DNA from: Saccostrea echinata
Lineage: Eukaryota
Assembly (NCBI RefSeq): GCF_033153115.1
Contig: NW_026889758.1
Coordinates: forward strand, 24,304,001 to 24,368,000
Length of the DNA stretch: 64,000 nucleotides
Reading direction: 5' to 3'
Part shown: piece by piece, positions 12,274-22,897 of the stretch
Position numbering within the stretch: position 1 is the first letter of the stretch
How the letters are laid out: each line of letters opens with the position of its first letter
Made by a program: the position numbers and the translations under genes
The notes under the pieces: model-generated
The model's database searches: none
Told to the model about the DNA's origin: nothing
Seen by the model: only the letters and a program-made list of their open reading frames with translations

Positions 12274-14456
12274 ATGTCTTCTGTGAAACTTCCAACCTGG
12301 GAGTTGAATTGTGGTTTCAATCCTCTGAATGTGAAGATAAGGGAACAACCAGTATGGATTACACTTGAAGGAGGAATCCCTTTGCCTGCAACCCATTTAC
12401 CTCAGGCAGAGGAAGTAATCAGTGGTGACTTACAATGTGATGTTAGCTCTTTGCCATTAAGGGATCCAAGTAATTTTGTTTCTGGTCAAATTCATTCTTC
12501 AGTATCAGAATGGGAGTCAATTATTGATAAAAATGTATCAAGTAATGATAATATTCTTAGGTGGATAAAAAATGGTGTTAGTATTTTTGAGTTTTTTCAA
12601 GCATACAAAGGAAATTTTAAGGGAAAGTATTATAATTCAGACATGCCTCCCAAACAGTATTTTGTTAATTCTAGTATTTGTCAACAATATTCTGAATTTA
12701 TTGCCAGAGAACTTACAGGCAAGATTCAGTGTGGAGCAGTAAAACTTTTAGGTAGGCTCGGAGAGTGTCAGCCCCCAAGGGTGGTTATGCCCCTTACTGT
12801 AGAGCCGAATAAACCTCGTCTGTGTCAAGATGAGCGATTTATTAATTTGTGGATTAAAGATCTGCCTTTTCGGTAAGAAACACTAAGAGATATTCATCGA
12901 TTGGTAGATAGGAATGCTTTGTTAGTTACATGTGATGAGAAATCTGGTTATAGCCATGTTAAAATTGATAAGCAATCTCAGGGATTTTTTGGTATTCAGT
13001 TTGGTGGATTTTATATGGTGTACACAACATTACCCTTTGGCTGGAAGGCTTCAGCATTTATATATCAGTCGATAGGTATGTGTGTTACTTCTTATCTCAG
13101 GAAACTTTCTGTTTGCAATTCTTTATATATTGATGACAGGTTTGTTGCTACTAGGGGAGCTGATTCTGTAGATGAGGTTACAATTAAGGACGAAGCTAAG
13201 AGGCTTGTGTATAGTTTACTTGAATTACTGACAAGGTTAGGATACACTCTGGCTTTAAGTAAATGTTCCTTGAAACCTTCAAATCGTAAGAGATTTTTGG
13301 GATTTTTAGTTGATTCTGTTCAGGAGGCATACATATTACCAGAGGATAAAAAAGCAAGTTTCATAGAGCTTAGAGAATTCATTCTAAGTAAAGAGGAAGT
13401 TGATGTTAGGACATTACAAAGGTTTGCAGGAATGTGTATCTCAATGAGTTTAGTGATTCCAGGTTGCAAATTATTTTGTCGAGAAGTAAATGCTGGAGTA
13501 TCTCTATGTTTAAAAAATAGTAGGTCTATTAAACTTTCGGGGTCTTTGAAGGAGGAACTTGAGCACTGAAAGTTTTTAGATAGATGGCAGGGTTGTTCTA
13601 GATGGCGACCAGAATTTCCTAAAAGAGTTTCAATTTACACAGATTCTTCAGGTTTCAGGTATGGTGCCTTTGTAGAGCTAGGGAAGGAAGATATAATCTT
13701 AGGGGATTATTGGTTAGAAAATGATGACAGGCCAATACATGTTAAGAAGGCATATGCAGTTTTGAAATCTGTGGTGTCACTTGGGGGTATGATTCAAGAT
13801 TCAAGGGTGGATGTGTTTACGGATAGCTTGGCTGTTATTGGTTGTGGAATAGTCAAGGTGGCAAATGTAAACAACTTAATGATGTTATAAAAGATATTTT
13901 TCAGTTTGTTTGTACAAAAAATATCGATTTAAGGTTAACTTTTGTGTCATCTGAGTTGAATGAGGCAGATAAACCCTCTAGGATTTTAAGTGCTGCTGAC
14001 ACTATGTTAAGTGAGAGGTCATGGGTTCTGGTTGATACTACATATGGTCCACATTCTATAGATTTGATGTCGTTGGATTCGAATGTAATGAGGTCAAAGG
14101 AGGGCGTACCGCTAAAGCATTTTACACCCTGGGCAACCCCTCTTTCGGCGGGAATTAATATTTTCTGTCAGGACATAAGAAAGGAGGTTAACCCTTATAT
14201 TTTTCCTCCTTTTGGGATCATTTTTCCAGTGATTTCTTTACTTGAGCAACAAAAAGTGACCTGTACTATTATAGTTCCTATGATGGAGCCTTTACCCATG
14301 TGGTGGCCAAAGTTGCTAGCTAATTGAGTAGGATCATTTTGTCTTGGTGTAAAGGGTGAAAAAGGAGTTGTCAGTATTCCTACTAAGAAGGGTTTTGTGT
14401 TGGATAGTGTTGGTTTGAGATGGCCTTTGTTTGCTTTCAGAGTTTTATTTGTGTGA
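12274..14456 (+). pseudogene. Pol of the PAT-like element: reverse transcriptase, RNase H, DIRS-type adenine methyltransferase-like domain
   Basis: RT motifs CDEKSGYSH, LPFGW, YIDD, FLG. RNase H YTDSS, FTDS, NEADKPSR. MT-like IDLMSLDSN...YIFPPF. Stops at 12874, 13567 and 14325, frameshift near 13840. Confidence 0.9.
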
Positions 14457-14482
14457 AATATTTTCACACTTGTATATTGCAG

Positions 14483-15693
14483 GGAAAACAAGGAGGGATT
14501 GAGATTGACTGGGAAGTAATAGATAGGAGGCTTTCAGATCTGGATGAGAAAGTAGTTTCGTCAGTAAGGTACAAAAAGAAAACAGTCTTGGATTCATTCA
14601 TGACTTTTTTAAGAGCATCCCCAGAGTCATCAACTTTAGTGTCATGCACCCCTAATGATATTCGTCGATTCTGAGTTTGGAAAGATTTGAAGGGGAAGAC
14701 TATAGTCCATGCTATTGACTGTGAGAAGTTAGGTTTCAAAGGTATTTCTGATTGCGGATGTCCGAAACGGCTTGCTTCAGGTACAGTGGAAGGTTTAATT
14801 CAACAGTTGATTAATATATTTGATGATTATGGTTGTGGTAGAGTATGGGATGTCGTATCTAGAACTGGGAACCCGGCAGCATCCCCTTTGGTGAAAGAGT
14901 ACCTTAAACTGATAAGGGAAGAGCAAGCTAAGGTTCATGTATTGCCTAAGCAGGCTAAACCAATTTTCTTATCTAAAGTCAGAGCAATTGCTTTGTTTAT
15001 AGGTAGGGAATTAGGCAGATCCGATTTGTCACTTAGAGAGAGGTTCGTTTTGGCTAGGGATCAGGCATGGATTAAGGTTCAATTTTTTGCAGGTGATAGG
15101 GCAAGCGATTTATCTTTAGTGGTTTCTCAGGAAGTGAAGATTTTAGAGGATGGTTCAGGTTTGGTATTCCAGCATACTTTCGGTAAAACTTTAAGGGGTG
15201 AGAAGGGTAAGAACAATTATTTTGTAATTAAAAGATGTGAAGACCAAGTGCTTTGCCCAGTCAAAGGTCTGTTGGATTATTTCTTATTTGCCAAAAAATT
15301 GAAGGTTGATTTGTCCAAGGGATATTTGTTCAGGATAGTGTCAGAAAACGGAATGGTTTTGGATAAAAACATTAGTTATTCTGTGGTTTATGACAGGCTG
15401 TTATACTATCTCTCTACGTTAGGCATTTACGAGGGTGAGACGCCACACAGCTTCAGATCTGGTTGTGCAATTACAATGGCTTTATCTGGCTCAGCTGACA
15501 ATGCAGATCAAGTGATGAGACATATAGGTTGGTTTGGCAAATCAAGTGCGGAGTATATAGTAGAATGCATACTATGATTGATTCAGGTATTGTTGCATCA
15601 AAATTGGCGGAGTCTGTTTCTCAAGGAGATATTATTGAATCAGATTATAAGGGAAAGGCGGACTATACTTATTTAGGGAAAGCATTTATTTAG
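14483..15693 (+). pseudogene. Tyrosine recombinase of the PAT-like element
   Basis: Catalytic motifs GDRASDL, TPHSFRSG, HIGW, AEY. In-frame stop at 14672 and frameshift near 15556. Preceded by acceptor tatattgcag. Confidence 0.9.
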
Positions 15694-16825
15694 CTTGGAA
15701 TTTGTGATTTCCTGTAGAAGTCATATTTATATAGGTGCAGAATACCATTGTTAATATATTCATTAAAATAAATGGCAATATATTTTTCAGTGTATGAGTT
15801 GACTTCTTCATGAAGATCGTTTAGATTGAATACTTTCAGATGTATCCTAATTATATATATGTGTGAATTTTTGTTAGAATCATATATATGATCTATTGTC
15901 ATAATTTTGGTGGAAATGAAAGGTTCATTCTCTATAAGGCCGTTTTCCGGCCTACGTTGAAATCATTCTAAAATGTGTTTTTATGTTATTTTTATCCTTC
16001 TATTATATGATTTTGGTCCTTATTTTCCAACATCGATCGTGTGAGTCACGTGATTTATAAAATAAAAATGGCGGCCAAGCTTAAAAATATTGAGGGTATG
16101 TCTATTTAAACTTTGTTTTTATGCATGGTTTTTGAAATAATGTAGAATAAGTCATATAAATATGAAGTAAATAAATTATATTAAAAATTTAAATGTAAAA
16201 CTCGTACAAATTAAGGTTAAAATTAAAATAACATGACGCAACATGTTGCCCATTCACATTTTGTATATTTTAAATTTAAATCTTTAGAAAATGCTCACCT
16301 TATGACATGAGTAAATCTTTTATTATCATTTATTTGGCCAAAATACTTTATTTTAGAATCAATTGTTATTGTGTGTCATTTTTATCGACACTTTACCTTT
16401 ATTTCCTATAATATGCCAATTTAGAAATATGGTAGCGAATTATCTATTTGTGATTTAGCCAAGAAAACCTGCATTACAGACTATATTTAGACCAACCAAA
16501 TGAGCCATCGGTGTAAAAAAAAAAAAAACAAACAGTTAAAATGTATCTTCTTATGTATATAAAATAAAATAAATTCATTAAAAATGCTTTGTTTTCATTT
16601 AAATATACCTGTTAGGTATCATATTAATATCCAATGAATAGGAAATGCTATATGTCTTAAGTATATGTATTAAACGGGATAATAAAAGTTCTGAAAACGG
16701 ATCAAAATCACGTATCTAATAAATAATAATAATAAAAAAAACATTACCGGGTAAGTTCATACTTAATTCACAAAGGAACTAAAATGTCGGTATGTTGTGA
16801 TCCAAATTTGACTAAATAAATACAT

Positions 16826-18883
16826 TTACTCTGACCCTACTCCAGACAACCAGTCACAATCCGCTGCGTCTTTTGTATAATCAAAAAAGGGTCGTGGTAC
16901 CAACTTACCATCTTGATGTCGCTGGAAAGACAAATACCATAGCACAGCAGCAATATGTGCACAGCAGCCTAATGTGCGAGCTCCTGATTTACACTGACAA
17001 TACCAGCCTGTTATTGGATTTCTTTTCTCACTATCATATGAAATCCACAGTATGTAAGTTTTCGAAGAACTATGTCTTGATTGTAACTTGGCTTTCAATA
17101 GACCATCGTCTTGTTTGTGAACAAATAATTCATATTTGCCTTCAGGTGATATATGTTCAATTGTATACGCCTTTGCCTGCTTTAATTGATATACTCCGTC
17201 TGTAATATTTCTAAGAGCATCCTCTGAAAGACGAGGAAAATCCTCCATATCAAATCCATCAACTGACTCCCATACACTTCTTTTAGCTGCAAGTTTTTCA
17301 TTTTCCACCCGTTTTTGTAACTCATTAGTTGTTTTTGACAGAAATGACATTCGAATTGCTAGCTCCGTGTCCTCAAACTCAGAATTTCTTATCGGAGGTC
17401 TGTACTTATTGCACAATGCACATACAATACGTACATAATCACCAACAAATTGTATCTGTGTATTTGGCATCACTTGGCCCAAAGCTTTCCATCGCTTTAT
17501 CCTTCCATTCACTGACTCGACAACCCAACGTACCTTTGTTACCATTCTGGACTCGTTTGCTTCTTCAGTAGAGTGCTGTTTTTTCCCCTTTTCTAAGTAG
17601 CACGGCATCTGAGTTCTAAACCCCATTTGTTGTAAGAAATCTCTGCAGTCTCTAAATCCTCTGTCCAGAACAAATATATCTCCATCTGAAAGCCAAGTTT
17701 TTAATCGTTCAGTGTCATTTTTCATTATACTGGTTAAGATCGAAGCATCATTATTGCGTCCATCTGCTAAGTAAGGACCAATAGCGTCTAGTGTGTAGCA
17801 ATCAGTACCAACTATCATCATTGGCTTCAGGAGCGGTCGACTTTTGTAAGCACTGTATGTTCGGCTCTGGAAACTGTAGTTTGAACTCTTTTCTATATAA
17901 ATGTATGTGCCATCTATGACAAGGGCTGCGACATCTTGGCCATCTGCAAATAGTTGCTTTACAAAAGGAGTAGTGTGTTCCCTAATAAACTCGTCCCTAG
18001 AAATATGCTGAGTGCCCAAATGCTGGGGAACAAATTCTTTCATTAGAACAGCTCTTGCACTGTGGATTGCTTTTGATATGTACTGTACATTAGGTATCTG
18101 GAACATACTGCTCATCACTTTTAGGGACACTCCTGTTCGCAGTTTTGTCAACAGGAGTCCTAAACATGTCCTAGTTGATCTGACTGATGTGTTTCTCAAA
18201 GATTGAAGATATGTTACTAAATTGTCAAATTGCTGTTTAGTGAGACCTGTCAAGTGAATATAATCAGTGTCTGATAATCCAAGAGGGTTATCAAATTCGA
18301 TTCCTTTCGGCTTGTTCAACACATTCATGCGAACATTGTGAAGCAACGTCATTAAATCTGTTCTGTTGAACATGGTGTGGTCTGTCACCTTCGAAAGCAT
18401 CTTTTTGCATTCTTCTTTTAACCCACCCTCACTAAAATGTTTCTGACAACACCTGGTACCTTCAGGTATGATTGTACCAGTTTCTATGAAAAATTTTGTC
18501 CTTGTGTCTTCATTTATTACGACAAGATCTTCCCTCTGAGTACAAAATTGACATTTTGCATGTGAAGACATACTACGAGGGACTTCCAACTTAATAACCT
18601 TTGGACTACCAAATGCAAAGGATGAAGAAGTCTGCCCTTCCTCCACGTCAGTATCATTCTCTTCGCTTTCATTCATATTTCTTTTTTTGAGGTAATACGT
18701 CATTCGGCATTTATTACATAGTAAGTATCCTGATTCGTCTGTCTGATAATTTATTTTTGACGTGATGTAATCATAGAGTTCTTTGTTGATAGTCTCTTTG
18801 ATATATCTCGAACCTGATAAACTACGTTGTCGTAGGTTGCAAATGCAACAGATAGGGTATTGTTGATCTTTACTGGATTCCAT
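16826..18883 (-). CDS. DDE transposase (DDE_Tnp_4-like, with HTH, N-terminal Cys clusters and C-terminal SWIM finger), 685 aa
   Basis: VIDGTYIYIEKS, VLDRGFRD, RWVVESVNGRIK triad. HTH YIHLTGLTKQQFDNL. SWIM CQCKSGARTLGCCAH. Uninterrupted ORF. Confidence 0.93.
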   Translation of the reverse strand: MESSKDQQYPICCICNLRQRSLSGSRYIKETINKELYDYITSKINYQTDESGYLLCNKCRMTYYLKKRNMNESEENDTDVEEGQTSSSFAFGSPKVIKLEVPRSMSSHAKCQFCTQREDLVVINEDTRTKFFIETGTIIPEGTRCCQKHFSEGGLKEECKKMLSKVTDHTMFNRTDLMTLLHNVRMNVLNKPKGIEFDNPLGLSDTDYIHLTGLTKQQFDNLVTYLQSLRNTSVRSTRTCLGLLLTKLRTGVSLKVMSSMFQIPNVQYISKAIHSARAVLMKEFVPQHLGTQHISRDEFIREHTTPFVKQLFADGQDVAALVIDGTYIYIEKSSNYSFQSRTYSAYKSRPLLKPMMIVGTDCYTLDAIGPYLADGRNNDASILTSIMKNDTERLKTWLSDGDIFVLDRGFRDCRDFLQQMGFRTQMPCYLEKGKKQHSTEEANESRMVTKVRWVVESVNGRIKRWKALGQVMPNTQIQFVGDYVRIVCALCNKYRPPIRNSEFEDTELAIRMSFLSKTTNELQKRVENEKLAAKRSVWESVDGFDMEDFPRLSEDALRNITDGVYQLKQAKAYTIEHISPEGKYELFVHKQDDGLLKAKLQSRHSSSKTYILWISYDSEKRNPITGWYCQCKSGARTLGCCAHIAAVLWYLSFQRHQDGKLVPRPFFDYTKDAADCDWLSGVGSE

Positions 18884-19310
18884 AAGTATGAAGAAGGGTA
18901 TTTGCCCCTATTCAGGTCCGGATTGCGTTCTCAGCACGGCTGAGGCAATTAAAGCCAGGACACTGTCCCTCCCGCTCACCGGCACTCCATAGAAACCCGC
19001 AAGATTTTCAACAGCTCCTTCCACTACTCATGTAGAGAGCTTCAGTATGTCTACGATCAAGCAGGTTTCTGCAACTTCCAATAAGGAAGGGCTCCCCTGA
19101 CTTCTGGTTTGCTAAACCAGAGCCGCAGTTCTCAAAGCTTGTATTGCTACCAAAGATGCGTGTTGGCTCCCCAAATCCGCAGATGAAGTTCACCTCAGCA
19201 TCCAGATAACATACAATACTTCGACCCTGTCTCACTCATACGGAGAAAATATGAGCGTCTCTCTGGCAGGTTGGGTCGAGAAATTCCATTATGAAAGATA
19301 TTCTTCATGC
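18884..19310 (-). ncRNA. Candidate large structured RNA (5' leader or ncRNA) abutting the transposase start codon
   Basis: About half G+C in AT-rich surroundings. More than a dozen nested helices found by eye, several with G-U pairs valid only on the minus strand. Family not recognised. Confidence 0.6.
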
Positions 19311-21559
19311 CAGTAACCGTTTTTATCTAAATATCTTTAGTAACACAACGAACATAAATTAACTCATCATCTTTGCACAACCACAAAAAACTTTTTGAGA
19401 ACAAACGGACGTACTTCTAAATAATATATCAAGAGGTATGAAAGAGAAACGAAACAATAAGAATCCGTGCCATATAAGACATTAAAAAAGTACATACATT
19501 TGTCGCTGACAATTCAATCATCATGTGAAAAGCAAGATTTTATTTCATGACACTCAGTCTTTTCAGGCCTTTGATTATATTTTTTTTAAAAAAATAAAAC
19601 TCAACATTTTCTAGTGAAAATTGCATGGCTTATTTTAATTCTTATGGTATCCACAGAAAGTGTCACTCTAACTAAAAAGTAACCAGATAAAATAATCTAC
19701 AAACGCTGATAGCCTCCATAATGAGTAGATACCTTTTCGTCTAATTATTGCTAAAAATAGTGCGTAAAGTTTTTATTAAGATGTCATAACCACCTTTAAC
19801 CAAGTTCATCTTTTTCTAGTGACTTTTTATAGCTTTAAAAAGTTTACATTCAAATTTTGGTGCTGGTTAAAGGTGGTTATGACATGTGTAGGAGTTGTCA
19901 AACACACCAACCCTCTTATGTTTTCCCATTGCGCTAATGTTAATACGGAGCGATGGTACATCACTTTGAGACCCCATATCATAAAAAAATACTAGAGGAT
20001 TAGTAACCAAACAAGTTTTAGCATTAAATTGGATCTTTAGCCCGCTAATTCATACAGTTTTTAAGGGGGAAAATATATTTTGAAATTTTGGAGTCATTGT
20101 AGGCCGGAAAACGGCCTTATAGAGAATGAACCTTTGTTATTCTCATTTGCTTTCTAATAAAAATGGAAATGAATTGTTTTGTATTTAATTTTATTTTGAG
20201 TATTGGGAGAAGAATGTTATATTATTTTGGGTTAACTGAAGGAATGGAGAAGGGTGATTGCAAAAATGCAGAGTTTTTATGCCCAAAACTTAAACATGAT
20301 CTGAATGCTGGAAGATATTAAACACTGAGGATAGGGAAGAGCCTCATTGGTTAAGATCGAAGCGGAAGTACATGTGACGTAGTATTCATTCTTTAGACAT
20401 CCATGCTTGATAGTGGATAATGTGTACCGAAGGAATGATGATAAGTATGATGATGATCAATGAAAGAGGTTTTTTCCACCCACCCATCTTCGGGATGGGA
20501 TTGGGAATATATTTTAGTTTGTGCATCTATATTGAATGTGCATTTTATGTGGTGATGATTTTTCTATGTTAAAATTTACTATAGATGCAGTGTTTGATAT
20601 CATCCTACATTCAGATTTCCATCCTGCAGAGTTTTTATGCCCAAAACTTAAACATGATCTGAATGCTGGAAGATATTAACATGCATTCTCTGTAAGCACC
20701 AAAAAATTTACTATAGGGCTTGGAAACGACATCTCTCCGATTTTGATGAAATTTGCACCATAGGTGCATCTTGGCACAAAACTAGGAAATATGGTGTTAG
20801 AAGTTTCACACGTGCACCCGGTTGCCATGGAGACGGGTCAATTGAATTTGGCCATTTTTGGCCCTTTTTGACCAAATAAAAACATGAAAATTGAGGAAAT
20901 GTAAATGCATTTTTGTCTTTATGTAGTAAACTCAAACACAAATCATTGTATCATAAGAAAACATCAACTTTTAAGGTATACAGGGCATATAATCGGTTAT
21001 TCCAGAATTATTCCCACTCTAAGAAAAAGGTCCTGTAAAATGACATTGTTTCTGAAAATGTGAAAAATGGGAAATTTGGTATTTTTTGAGAACTTTAAGG
21101 TTAAATAAAAAAAATTGTCTACGGAAATTTTTCAAATCTTATGTGTGTTTTATACTTCAGAATTAGGAGTGTCACCTCATGAAAAAATTGGAGTGGGATC
21201 TCAATTCTATTTTTAGTAACATGTATCTATAAATAGACATATTTCAGAAAAATCTAAAAAATCAAATTTGGGCAGAGTTTAAGATGCCATTGGTAGGTAT
21301 TTAAGAAATATACTGTAAAAGTCAATATGTTAATGACAGAAACTGGACACCAATAACTACTATGCATATTATTTGAAGGGAGTTCCGTTTTCTATTTATA
21401 GCTTCAAATGCCTTAAAATAGACTTGTCTCATAATATGTGTAAAAATGACTATTTTCTATCATTTAGAAGCTCCACTAAAACATAAGTGATAAACATACT
21501 GCTATCACCAATATTTCATCAATTAGAACATGGGATAATACAATAACTCACACATTATT

Positions 21560-22560
21560 GAGGATAGGCTCTCATTTCTATAAATAGTACAAATGTCTAA
21601 AATTAGACACATGGGAAATTAACGACGAAATGTAGATTTTTGCACTAGTTCTCACATTAGAGATGAACAATTTGCATACTAACTGTCATTAACTGTAACT
21701 GACATAATGTGACTGACAAGTACAGGAAAGCATTAACTGAAATGCAGAATAATAAGCGGAGGTTTCCATTTCTATTTATAGTAACAATTGTTTAAAAATA
21801 GACATTCTGCAAATTATCAAGAAAATGTAGAATTTTGCACTATTTTCTCACATTAGGGATGGACAATTTGCAGACAAACTGCTATTAATTGTTAATAACA
21901 TAAGGGGAACAACAAGTACAAGAAAGCATTAACTGAAATGCAGAATAATAAGCGGAGGTTTCCATTTCTATTTATAGTAACAAACGTTTTATAATTATGG
22001 AAGAAATGTAGAATTTTGCATTGTTTCTTACATTAAGGATGGACAATTTGCAGACTAACTGCTATTTACTGTTATTGACATAAGGTGACCGACAAGTACA
22101 AGAGAGCATTAACTGAAATGCAGAATAATCAATGGAGGTTTCAATTTCTATTTATAGCAACACATGTCTAAAAATAGACATATTGCAAAAAATCAAGAGA
22201 ATATAGATTTTCGTACACTAGGAATGGAAATTTTGCCGATTAACTATTATTAACTGTTATTGACAAAAGGTGAATGACAAGAACAGGAAAGCATTTACTG
22301 AAATGCAGAATAATCAGCGGAGGTTTCGATTTCTATTTATAGCAACATACGTGTATGTCTAAAAATAGACATAGTGCAAATAATCAAGGAAATATATATA
22401 GATTTTTGCCCTATTTCTAACATAAGGGATGCTCAATTTGCAGACTAACTATTATTAATTTAATGTGACTGACAAGAACAAGAGAGCATTAGCTAAAATG
22501 CAAAATAATCTGCGGAGATTATTTCCATTTCTATTTATAACACCAAATACTTAAAAATAC
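21560..22560 (+). repeat. ~185-bp subterminal tandem repeats of the foldback element (mirrored at ~25860-26640)
   Basis: Recurrent aactgaaatgcagaataataagcggaggtttccatttctatttatag near 21735, 21930, 22110, 22295 and 22490. Confidence 0.85.
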
Positions 22561-22763
22561 ATATGTCTCAGCATATGAGAAAAAATGAAAATTTCCCCCA
22601 ATTACCTCCTTCACAAAAATATTTAAAATAACATTGCTCTCCAAAATATGCCATCTTCAAGTGCATGTGGTCATACAACACTTCACACATTAATGAGCAT
22701 GGGCTCACCATTTTTTACTACAGTAACAATAAACTAAAAATATATGTAATGTATATATAGGAA

Positions 22764-22897
22764 CTCCCATGGTTTGTGCTTGAATATGATTTTTATCCAA
22801 CCAGTTGTGTGGTTTTTTTACTCCCGAGCCTTAGCGAGGGGATAAAAAACTCACAACGAGTTGGATAGAATTCATATCCAACCACAAATCATGGGAG
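22764..22897. repeat. Long imperfect palindrome with ccgagccttagcgagg centre
   Basis: ctcccatggtttgtg...ttatccaac arm pairs with gttggatag...cacaaatcatgggag. Confidence 0.8.

Larger units (their letters stand above)
15922..20132 (-). mobile_element. Autonomous Spy/ISL2EU-like (PHIS group) DNA transposon
   Basis: Perfect 34-bp TIRs ggttcattctctataaggccgttttccggcctac (15922-15955, 20099-20132). Flanks gAAA| and |TTTg with no duplication. Single intact transposase ORF. Confidence 0.9.

Noticed and set aside
19008-19235. 75-aa ORF upstream of the transposase as a second transposon protein
   Set aside because: GTG start, no recognisable motif, and the base-pairing pattern explains the composition better.
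9349-20407. A1 and A2 as the LTRs of an LTR retrotransposon
   Set aside because: No integrase or protease, a tyrosine recombinase is present, and the interleaved B1/B2 pair shows split direct repeats instead.
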